A stretch of DNA of 7,940 nucleotides from a virus. Its lineage: Duplodnaviria > Heunggongvirae > Uroviricota > Caudoviricetes. How positions within the stretch are numbered: position 1 is the first letter of the stretch; each line of letters starts with the position of its first letter. Under the pieces are notes generated by a model that was given only the letters and a program-made list of their open reading frames with translations, had not been told where the DNA came from and did no database searches. The position numbers and the translations under genes were made by a program. The stretch lies in the IMG/VR virus record IMGVR_UViG_2778261527_000012, one strand, 5' to 3'. Positions 1 through 6,431 of this stretch are shown in pieces.

Positions 1-543
1 ATCAAACGACGATGTGGTTTTCGTCCCCAAATCCGTACTGGATGCGCTGGCGCTGTGGGTATGCGATTTAATGCCGTCCTGTTCCTGAGACAATACGGCC
101 CGACCACTGGCAGGTTTGCCCTTAATCGTCCAGCCACGCATATCAGGGATCACGCCTGACGGATAAGCCGCTGCAAGTTTCGGGTATGCAGATTTGTCAA
201 AAGTCTGCCCCTGCATCAGGGCATAGCCAGACGGAACGGTATCTGATGGCCACGGGATTGGTGCACCGACTGGATAAAACTCTGCAGGAGGATGAGCCGA
301 GGTGTAAAGCTGCGCCCACGGCGACCAGTTTGCGTCGGTCGTATCCCGTCGTGAACGAATAAATGCCGGAGCATGAGCACCGCTTGTACCACTCCAGCCG
401 ATGAGTAACTCACCTTCGCCAACGGCTGTCATCCCTTTCAGGTGAATGATATTTCCATACGCTGTTGGATATCCGTTGTTATACACCTCGTATAAGTCAG
501 AACTTTGTCCGGTCGCCCGTGAGTCAGAATAAAGGCGCAAAAA
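1..543 (-). pseudogene. Side tail fibre protein fragment (lambda Stf / StfR-like), 5'-truncated; continues beyond window start
   Basis: The minus-strand frame is open from 543 to 1, so it is absent from the ORF track because it has no stop in the window. It translates to ...[157 protein letters not shown], which matches my recollection of the distal part of lambda-type side tail fibre proteins (PIPWPSD...[34 protein letters not shown]). An in-frame TGA at 546..544 lies immediately upstream and there is no RBS-preceded start (only TTG 540, GTG 486, ATG 432), whereas intact Stf proteins have several hundred residues N-terminal to this region. The 68-aa ORF 216..422 in the track is an alternate frame of this region. 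Confidence 0.6.
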
Positions 544-546
544 TCA

Positions 547-1335
547 TCACGCATATTCCTCCTCCCCGCCATGCATGATCTCCACCATGCGCTGCGTCAT
601 TCGGACAAATCCATTTTCAATAGCCTGCTGATAATCAATGATCACCAGCGCCGACTCCTCGAAAAGGCACTGAATTTCAGCGGGGGCATGAGCGTAATAG
701 TCCGCAATTCTGCTGAAATTAAACACTGTGTGACGTTCTGCCGCACACAGGAGGAATTTCTCAATATCAGGATCAAGGGACGCCGAACGTATCCGGCTGA
801 TCAGCTCCTGAGTTTTCGTATCGTCGTACAGTTCACTGATATCCGGTTTACCGCCCGACGGCTCATAAACAGGCGTATCAATTTTCGTCGTATACGGCTC
901 CTCCTCATTTCCTGTACCGGGCAAAACATCCGTCAACAGTTCATCAATTTCTGTCGGGATGAAGCCTGTCAGGGAGACATCAAAATCAGCATTGATTAGG
1001 TCCGACAGCTCCATCCGCAACAGATCTTCATCCCAGCCAGCATTCATCGGCAGGCGATTATCTGCCAGGCGGTACGCCTTTTTCTGCTCATCCGTCAGGC
1101 CAGACAGAACAATGACCGGAACAGAATCCATTTTGAGCATTTCAGCCGCCATAACACGACCGTGACCCGCAATAATTTCGCCCTTTTCGTCAATCAGCAC
1201 CGGATTAGTCCAGCCGAATTGCTTAATACTTTCTACCAGTTGTGCCACCTGCTCAGTACTGTGCGTCCTGGCATTGTGCGCATACGGTGACAATTCTTGT
1301 AATGGGCGATAGACTATCTTTAATTTCTCGCTCAT
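547..1335 (-). CDS. ParB-like nuclease domain protein (ParB N-terminal / sulfiredoxin-fold), 262 aa
   Basis: Complete ORF with ATG start and a weak AAGG Shine-Dalgarno 5 nt upstream. The N-terminal ~95 aa follow the ParB N-terminal domain pattern (YRPLQELSPYAHNAR ... IIAGHGRVMAA ... LADNRL; GxGR-type motif), followed by an acidic C-terminal half. The gene ends in tandem stops TGA-TGA (549..544). Such genes usually sit just upstream of terminase genes in lambdoid phages. Confidence 0.85.
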   Translation of the reverse strand: MSEKLKIVYRPLQELSPYAHNARTHSTEQVAQLVESIKQFGWTNPVLIDEKGEIIAGHGRVMAAEMLKMDSVPVIVLSGLTDEQKKAYRLADNRLPMNAGWDEDLLRMELSDLINADFDVSLTGFIPTEIDELLTDVLPGTGNEEEPYTTKIDTPVYEPSGGKPDISELYDDTKTQELISRIRSASLDPDIEKFLLCAAERHTVFNFSRIADYYAHAPAEIQCLFEESALVIIDYQQAIENGFVRMTQRMVEIMHGGEEEYA

Positions 1336-1349
1336 ACAGCCTTGCTTTA

Positions 1350-1386
1350 TGAATAAAACGCACCCCAGCAGCCAGTGCTACTGGGG
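1350..1386 (-). terminator. Possible intrinsic terminator between trkG and the ParB-like gene
   Basis: Minus-strand RNA would form CCCCAG-(12 nt)-CTGGGG followed by GCGTTTTATT. The stem is imperfect, the loop long and the T-tract interrupted, so this is weak. Confidence 0.25.
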
Positions 1387-1472
1387 GCGGAGGTGTTGCT
1401 GGTAAAGTTAGGTATTGGATCAATGAGTGAGTCAACATAATATTAAACTCACAATTATAAATCAGCCATATA

Positions 1473-2930
1473 TTAGGAGCGCCAAAAAAAACCTGAAAAC
1501 AATATAATAACAGGATAAATTTCAAGGCGACCAAGAATCATAGCTATGCACATTAAATATTTTGCAATGTCATTAAGCACTCCGAATGACGATGCAGTAG
1601 CCCCAAAACCTAATCCCATATTATTAATACATGCAGCCACTGTTGCAAATGATGTAAGAAAATCATATCCCATACCATTTAACACCAGTATAAAAAACAC
1701 CGTGAAGAGAGTATAAAGAAAAAAGAAACTCCATACAGACCTCATTACACGATCTGTAACTATCTTCCCTCCTACATTTACACTTAACAACGCTCTGGGA
1801 TGAGAAAGTTGATTTATCTCGTGTTTGCTTTGTTTGAAAAGTATAAGAAATCGAAGTGACTTAATTCCACCACAGGTTGAACCGATACATCCCCCAAAGA
1901 AACTTGACAACAGCAAAAACACTATCGTGTGCGTGGGCCAGTTTGCATAATCCTGCGTAGCTAAACCATTATCAGTGAGCATGGAGCTGGCAAGAAAAAA
2001 CGAATGAATAAAACTTCCATGCAAGTCATACATACCTATATGCCAGACCTGGAAAGAGGTAACAATGATCACCCCTAAGGCTATTAACAGAAAGAAACGA
2101 AGTTCAATATCTCTGATTAAAGGTTTTATCGTTTTTCTGCTAATAACAATATACCAAAGAGTGAAGTTGAAAGCCGATAGCAGGGAAAAAGAACCAGCCA
2201 CCAGCTCAACCAAATAGTTATTAAAATATCCGATACTCTCGCTATGAGTTGAGAAACCACCAAGCGAAACTGTGGAAATCCCGTGACAAATAGCATCAAA
2301 CAAAGACATTCCTGCAAGTCTATAACAGACAATACAAGCAATACCTAATAAAGAATAAGTTATCCACAGTGTCCGTGACGTATCGGCCAGGCGGGGAGTG
2401 AGTTTGTCATCCTTAAATGGCCCCGGCATTTCTGACTGATAAAGCTTTGCACCACCAATACCCAATAATGGCAATACAGCAACCGCCAGAACAATAACTC
2501 CTAAACCACCTATAAAATTTAACTGTGACCGATAGTACAAATATGCCCGAGGTAATGAACTAACATCATCAATTACAGTTGCTCCTGTTGTTGTTATTCC
2601 AGAAACCCCTTCAAACAGAGCATCAATGAACGTTAAATTAAGTTCTGAGTCAATCCATAAAGGGAATGCACTAATAACAGAAAACAAAATCCAAAACATT
2701 ACAATTATAATAAACCCATCACGGGTACGTAATTGAATGCCAGATTTCTTAGTTGTATACCACGCTCCGCCACCAATGCAAAAAAATATAACGAAAGTTA
2801 TAAAGAAAACGAACAGGCTTTTTTCTTTATAAAACAATGCTACAACCATTGGTGGCAACATTGAAAGACTATAGAGCCAAACCAAGAACCCACACATATG
2901 AGTAACAACTCTTACATGAGATGTATTCAT
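1473..2930 (-). CDS. trkG: TrkG/TrkH-family potassium uptake membrane protein (485 aa from MNTSHVRV)
   Basis: Long multi-span hydrophobic ORF with repeated glycine-rich selectivity-filter-like segments (GVSGITTTGATV, LGGFSTHS, GGCIGSTCGGIK, NMGLGFGATAS) typical of TrkH/KtrB transporters. It is near-identical to what I recall of E. coli Rac-prophage TrkG, which begins MNTSHVRVVTHMCGFLVW. The ORF track starts 6 codons earlier (ATG 2948), whose AAGGTGG motif is about 14 nt upstream; start choice is uncertain. The gene is visibly more AT-rich than its neighbours. Confidence 0.93.
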   Translation of the reverse strand: MNTSHVRVVTHMCGFLVWLYSLSMLPPMVVALFYKEKSLFVFFITFVIFFCIGGGAWYTTKKSGIQLRTRDGFIIIVMFWILFSVISAFPLWIDSELNLTFIDALFEGVSGITTTGATVIDDVSSLPRAYLYYRSQLNFIGGLGVIVLAVAVLPLLGIGGAKLYQSEMPGPFKDDKLTPRLADTSRTLWITYSLLGIACIVCYRLAGMSLFDAICHGISTVSLGGFSTHSESIGYFNNYLVELVAGSFSLLSAFNFTLWYIVISRKTIKPLIRDIELRFFLLIALGVIIVTSFQVWHIGMYDLHGSFIHSFFLASSMLTDNGLATQDYANWPTHTIVFLLLSSFFGGCIGSTCGGIKSLRFLILFKQSKHEINQLSHPRALLSVNVGGKIVTDRVMRSVWSFFFLYTLFTVFFILVLNGMGYDFLTSFATVAACINNMGLGFGATASSFGVLNDIAKYLMCIAMILGRLEIYPVIILFSGFFWRS

Positions 2931-3067
2931 ATCTAAATATTCTTTCAATTATAACCACCTTGCTGCAATATTATGATTATACTGTATAAAATTTAACTCC
3001 TCTTAGATCTTACTTCACTGTTCCTTATGAAACAATCATCAAAATGAATCATATTGTAGTTAAGATT

Positions 3068-3532
3068 TTACTTTAAACACTGCTCGGTTATGTATTGCTG
3101 AGCACCTTCAAGTTGGGCCTGCATCATTACCAGTCGTTCCCGGAGGGTGAAATAATCCCGTTCAGCGGTGTCTGCCAGTCGGGGGGAGGCTGCATTATCC
3201 ACGCCGGAGGCGGTGGTGGCTTCACGCACTGACTGACAGACTGCTTTGATGTGCAACCGACGACGACCAGCGGCAACATCATCACGCAGAGCATCATTTT
3301 CAGCTTTCGCATCAGCTAACTCCTTCGTGTATTTTGCATCGAGCGCAGCAACATCACGCTGACGCATCTGCATGTCAGTAATTGCCGCGTTCGCCAGCTT
3401 CAGTTCTCTGGCATTTTTGTCGCGCTGGGCTTTGTAGGTAATGGCGTTATCACGGTAATGATTAACAGCCCATGACAGGCAGACGATGATGCAGATAACC
3501 AGAGCGGAGATAATCGCGGTTACTCTGTTCAT
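3068..3532 (-). CDS. Rz: Rz i-spanin (inner-membrane spanin subunit), 154 aa
   Basis: [102 protein letters not shown]... is near-identical to lambda Rz as I recall it: N-terminal TM anchor followed by a coiled-coil periplasmic domain. The ATG at 3532..3530 overlaps the R stop in an ATGA arrangement. The track's GTG start at 3544 is an upstream extension. Confidence 0.92.
   Translation of the reverse strand: MNRVTAIISALVICIIVCLSWAVNHYRDNAITYKAQRDKNARELKLANAAITDMQMRQRDVAALDAKYTKELADAKAENDALRDDVAAGRRRLHIKAVCQSVREATTASGVDNAASPRLADTAERDYFTLRERLVMMQAQLEGAQQYITEQCLK
3127..3312 (-). CDS. Rz1: Rz1 o-spanin (outer-membrane lipoprotein spanin subunit), 61 aa, embedded in Rz in the +1 frame
   Basis: [57 protein letters not shown]... 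has a lipoprotein signal peptide with lipobox VVGC and a proline-rich mature part, near-identical to lambda Rz1. It lies entirely inside Rz in another frame, the classic embedded spanin arrangement. Confidence 0.9.
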   Translation of the reverse strand: MRKLKMMLCVMMLPLVVVGCTSKQSVSQCVKPPPPPAWIMQPPPDWQTPLNGIISPSGNDW

Positions 3533-4026
3533 TGCTGACCCCACAAACAGATTTCACGCTCAATCTCACGACGAGTCATGAGACCTTTCCATTGCTTACC
3601 GCCAGCATATGTCCAGCGACGTAGCTGATCACATGCGCCTTTGATATCGCCCTGGTTTATTTTGCGAAGAAGCGTCGATGTTCTGAAATTGCCAGCACCC
3701 ACGTTGTAAACGAATGAGTAAAGAGCGCCGCGCGTTGTTTCCGGTATATCGACTTTGATGTACGGGTTAATTTGTCTGGCGACAGTGGCAAGGTCTTTAT
3801 TCAAGAGTGTTTTGCATTCTGCTTTGGTATACGTTTTACCGAGCATGATGTCTTTTCCTGTATGCCCGTGACATACAGTCCATACACCAACAATATCTTT
3901 GTATGGTATGTAGCTGACACCTTCCAGACCATCGTTACCACTTGGGCCAGTGATTAACACTGATGCTATAGCAATTGCTCCGCCACCAATAGCAGCAGCA
4001 ACGGCTTTTCGTAATGATGGAGGCAT
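3529..4026 (-). CDS. R: SAR endolysin (phage-21 R-type lysozyme with N-terminal signal-arrest-release domain), 165 aa
   Basis: The N-terminus [27 protein letters not shown] is a Gly/Ala-rich weakly hydrophobic SAR segment, followed by a T4-lysozyme-like catalytic region ([24 protein letters not shown]; E-x8-D-x5-T pattern). The sequence matches my recollection of phage 21 R almost residue for residue. Its start overlaps the S stop (TAATG at 4028..4024). Confidence 0.93.
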   Translation of the reverse strand: MPPSLRKAVAAAIGGGAIAIASVLITGPSGNDGLEGVSYIPYKDIVGVWTVCHGHTGKDIMLGKTYTKAECKTLLNKDLATVARQINPYIKVDIPETTRGALYSFVYNVGAGNFRTSTLLRKINQGDIKGACDQLRRWTYAGGKQWKGLMTRREIEREICLWGQQ

Positions 4027-4241
4027 TATTCACCTCTCGCAGCCTTGCGCTTATCTTCTTTAATCTTGAAATAAAGGTTTGTCAGGTACGTCAGCAGGCC
4101 AAATACCAGACTACCCAGCACACCGATTGCAGCCCACTGTGACGGAGTTACTCTATCGAGCAACTGTAAAAACCAGTAGCCAGCACTGCCTGCGGAGGTG
4201 CCGTAGGCAATGCCTGTTGAAATTTTGTCCATGGATTTCAT
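4026..4241 (-). CDS. S: Class II pinholin, phage-21 S-type, 71 aa, with dual-start motif (antiholin from M1, holin from M4)
   Basis: [71 protein letters not shown] has two TM segments and a charged C-terminus. The Met-Lys-Ser-Met dual start (ATG 4241 and ATG 4232) is as in S21. A GGAGGTGAGG Shine-Dalgarno lies 4-13 nt upstream of ATG 4241. The track's 90-aa version (start 4298) is a spurious upstream extension. Confidence 0.9.
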   Translation of the reverse strand: MKSMDKISTGIAYGTSAGSAGYWFLQLLDRVTPSQWAAIGVLGSLVFGLLTYLTNLYFKIKEDKRKAARGE

Positions 4242-4340
4242 AGCCTCACCTCCGCACGGAACGGATGGCATAGTTATTATGTGTAGGCTTTCAGACACAT
4301 CAATCAGAGCCTTAATTGATATATATGCTGGAGACGATGC

Positions 4341-4367
4341 AATATAAAAAGCTCGCCGTAGCGAGCT
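4341..4367 (-). terminator. Rho-independent terminator downstream of the second TolA-like lipoprotein gene
   Basis: Minus-strand RNA: AGCUCGC-UACG-GCGAGCU (7-bp GC-rich stem, 4-nt loop) followed by UUUUUAUAUU. On the plus strand the hairpin is followed by TAATAAAAT, so it is effectively unidirectional for minus-strand transcripts. Confidence 0.6.
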
Positions 4368-4492
4368 AATAAAATGTATTTCTCTGATATTATGTTTATT
4401 TGTATTAGCTCAGACTTGACATCACAGGTTTCGTATATAGAACATCATCAAATCTGTCAGTTTGCTATGAATGAGATATAGTAATTGAAGAG

Positions 4493-4888
4493 CTAACCTC
4501 GCATGTCAAAGCCAGATTTCTGAAAATCTCTGTAGACTTCCGGATTGTTGAAGGCCGGAAATTTGGCTTTATGAGCTGCGGACTTTATCGCTTCGCAATA
4601 GGCTTTATCACCGTTACTGGTAGATATTTTTAACGCCGTGCCATCCTGAGAGAATTCCATATGCAACCTGCATTTTTTCCCTTTCCAGTTATGCGGCTCA
4701 TCAAGTTTGGCATTAATTGCAGCTCTGATTCCCCGCGCTTGCGCCCCCCATTCATCCTGATCATCCCAGCGTCCTGAACTGCAACTACCTGTAGCAGTAG
4801 TTTTGTGGCAATCTGAAGGGTGTAAAGGTGTGCATCCCGCAACAAAACCGACCCAAAAAGTCAACATAACGATTTTCTTTAATCCCAC
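4493..4888 (-). CDS. Lipoprotein with TolA C-terminal (domain III)-like domain, 131 aa (paralog 2, more divergent)
   Basis: GTG start preceded by a GAGGAG Shine-Dalgarno. Signal peptide MGLKKIVMLTFWVGFVAGC with lipobox VAG-C. The C-terminal ~80 aa (GIRAAINAKLDEPHNWKGKKCRLHMEFSQDGTALKISTSNGDKAYCEAIKSAAHKAKFPAFNNPEVYRDFQKSGFDM) align in pattern with the other paralog and with the C-terminus of TolA as I recall it, including the two conserved Cys. There is an extra Cys-rich linker (CTPLHPSDCHKTTATGSCSS). Confidence 0.7.
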   Translation of the reverse strand: MGLKKIVMLTFWVGFVAGCTPLHPSDCHKTTATGSCSSGRWDDQDEWGAQARGIRAAINAKLDEPHNWKGKKCRLHMEFSQDGTALKISTSNGDKAYCEAIKSAAHKAKFPAFNNPEVYRDFQKSGFDMRG

Positions 4889-5038
4889 TTCTTGCTCCTC
4901 AATCCATTAAAATCTCAGCAATAGTAGTTGTTACGTCCGCCACTGGCTCAGAGCTGACTATCCGCTAAATTTAGCTCAGTGCCGTAGCTGTGTCAGAACA
5001 AACCTAAGCCGAAACCGTTTATTACAAAACAATAAATA

Positions 5039-5467
5039 TCAGGGTTTAAAATCCAGCACCCCATTTTGAAATACTTTATATACTTCCGGCGAAGGGGGGG
5101 CAGGTATATCAGCATTCTTTATCGCATTCATCGCTTCACGACATAAATCGAGGTCTCCACTTTCTCTTTTAACCTCCAGTAGAAGGCCATTCGGGGCCAT
5201 ATGCATTCTCAGTGTACACTCTTTTCCTGAATACTTACTCGCATCCCCGAACTGTTTTTCGATGGCGCTCTTGATTTGATGGGCATACAGACGGATATCC
5301 TCACTAACATCAGAAGTACGTTCAGATGAACTCACATACTGTGTCTCTATTGCTTTATCGGAGTAATATGATGTACGGTCATGATAATTTGTCGATACAG
5401 CATCAGTGCACCCGATAATAATCCCACTAATAATCAACGTAAGAATTGATGCGCTACGAAAACCCAT
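5039..5467 (-). CDS. Lipoprotein with TolA C-terminal (domain III)-like domain, 142 aa (paralog 1)
   Basis: ATG start with a GAGGAAAA Shine-Dalgarno 5 nt upstream. Signal peptide MGFRSASILTLIISGIIIGC with lipobox IIG-C. The C-terminal domain YAHQIKSAIEKQFGDASKYSGKECTLRMHMAPNGLLLEVKRESGDLDLCREAMNAIKNADIPAPPSPEVYKVFQNGVLDFKP closely parallels the E. coli TolA C-terminus as I recall it (...YAGQIKSAIESKFYDASSYAGKTCTLRIKLAPDGMLLDIKPEGGDPALCQAALAAAKLAKIPKPPSQAVYEVFKNAPLDFKP). The identity is from memory and not computed. Confidence 0.8.
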   Translation of the reverse strand: MGFRSASILTLIISGIIIGCTDAVSTNYHDRTSYYSDKAIETQYVSSSERTSDVSEDIRLYAHQIKSAIEKQFGDASKYSGKECTLRMHMAPNGLLLEVKRESGDLDLCREAMNAIKNADIPAPPSPEVYKVFQNGVLDFKP

Positions 5468-5496
5468 TTTTCCTCACATATGTCATATAGTAAAGG

Positions 5497-5526
5497 ATTA
5501 TATATACCGTTGTTTTGGACGCTCAA
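5497..5526 (-). promoter_or_regulatory. Candidate sigma70 promoter for the TolA-like lipoprotein cassette
   Basis: Minus strand: TTGAGC (plus 5526..5521), an 18-nt spacer, then TATAAT (plus 5502..5497) within a TATATATAAT run, about 30 nt upstream of the lipoprotein-1 ATG. The 18-nt spacing is slightly long; alternative registers give 16-17 nt. Confidence 0.45.
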
Positions 5527-6055
5527 ACAGCGAATCAGATCAAATAAAACGCACATTTGTTAACATTTACACAAAGTCTGCGTGGGATATTCTGAAAGAA
5601 TATCCATAATGTGGAGAGAATCTATTGAAGTGCATGGTGCCGGGTGCCTCCCGGTGAACAAAATGTTCGTGATACCTGTCGGCGACAGAAAAGGTTAATG
5701 GTATCACCCCACCGCACAGGGGGATTCACCATGCAGGAGTTTTCTTAGCAAACTCACTGCGCGCCCGGCAACTCCCAACCACATAAAATGCGGAGTTTGT
5801 GGTATTTATGCATATAACTCGCAGGAATTATCTTAAAAAACTGATGTCGATCCGGATTAAAAAGAAGCAGGTCATCATCAGATGACTGGAAAAAAGGAAA
5901 ACAAAAAATACTCATCATACAGTTTTGATTGCAGGGATGAGCCTGCTATGCACAATATGCAGAATATAAGCAAGATAAAAATATGCAGGCATATTATTTC
6001 GGATTTTGTTATTAACACAACCTTTTTAATAATCATTTGGCATACAATAAACCAG

Positions 6056-6084
6056 CCCAAAAAGAACCGCCTAAACAGGCGGTT
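6056..6084 (-). terminator. Rho-independent terminator (minus-strand transcripts)
   Basis: Minus-strand RNA: AACCGCC-UGUUUA-GGCGGUU (7-bp stem) followed by CUUUUUGGG. The plus-strand reading lacks a T-tract. Confidence 0.6.
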
Positions 6085-6404
6085 GGTCAATACAAAGGAT
6101 GCTTCGTCTTTATTATAGTAATCTGAGGCGTCGGGTGTCTTGTATCAGACAACATATTGTCCCGCTAAACAGCGAATTACAAACCACCCTGCAATGATCT
6201 CTCATCTCATTTTATATGAGTTGACGACATCAGGATAACGCATCATCAGCCCCTGCCAAGAAATATCAAAACTCCCGCCAGCAATGTGTTATCACAATAT
6301 TGTAAAAAAAACACAGCACCGAAACTATAACTGGTCTCTGTTATAATTTGGAGCAGAAAGACCAGTTGCCCAACTAGCAGCATTCTCCCCTGCTTTCCTG
6401 ACGT

Positions 6405-6431
6405 AAAAAAACCGCATTAAGCGGTTTTTTT
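6405..6431. terminator. Symmetric bidirectional intrinsic terminator about 80 nt downstream of the Q stop (candidate tR'-type terminator)
   Basis: AAAAAAACCGC-ATTAA-GCGGTTTTTTT: a CCGC/GCGG stem flanked by A7 and T7, so either strand gives a hairpin followed by a 7-U tract. Confidence 0.65.

Noticed and set aside
216-422. 68-aa minus-strand ORF (TTG start) in the tail-fibre region
   Set aside because: It is an alternate frame of the stf-like fragment; the Arg-rich translation is typical of an off-frame read, while the neighbouring frame gives a recognisable tail-fibre sequence.
571-1165. Plus-strand ORFs 571..999 and 959..1165 from the six-frame track
   Set aside because: Both lie antisense within the well-supported ParB-like gene, have Arg/Ser-rich low-complexity translations and no ribosome-binding site; shadow ORFs of a coding region.
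1253-1534. 93-aa minus-strand ORF spanning the trkG 3' end, the intergenic region and the ParB-like start
   Set aside because: Overlaps two well-supported genes out of frame and crosses an intergenic region; no independent support.
2126-2341. 71-aa ORF inside trkG in another frame
   Set aside because: Alternate-frame ORF within a strongly supported membrane-protein gene.
3772-3957. Plus-strand 61-aa ORF antisense to the endolysin gene
   Set aside because: Antisense shadow ORF within R; no start context.
4242-4298. 19-codon N-terminal extension of the holin ORF in the track ([19 protein letters not shown]...)
   Set aside because: The strong GGAGGTGAGG Shine-Dalgarno lies inside this extension, just upstream of ATG 4241, and the 71-aa form matches the S21 dual-start architecture.
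4416-4440. TTGACA hexamer on the plus strand upstream of a TATATA run (possible antisense promoter)
   Set aside because: Spacing between TTGACA and any TATA-like hexamer is 12-14 nt, outside the functional 16-18 nt range.
4630-4845. 71-aa alternate-frame ORF inside TolA-like lipoprotein gene 2
   Set aside because: Same strand, different frame, Arg-rich translation; the lipoprotein frame has the signal peptide and domain homology.
4964-4975. Perfect 12-bp palindrome GCTAAATTTAGC between the two lipoprotein genes (possible operator)
   Set aside because: About two perfect 12-bp palindromes are expected by chance in 8 kb, and it has no flanking promoter elements; not significant on its own.
5406-5609. 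Plus-strand 67-aa ORF overlapping the start of lipoprotein gene 1 and its promoter
   Set aside because: Antisense to a supported gene start and promoter, AT-rich, no Shine-Dalgarno; likely chance ORF.
5521-6178. Shared motif CGCT(C)AAACAGCGAAT at 5521..5537 and 6164..6178
   Set aside because: Only about 15 matching positions with an indel; it could be a duplicated regulatory site (one copy overlaps the -35 of the lipoprotein promoter) but is too short to separate from chance without comparative data.
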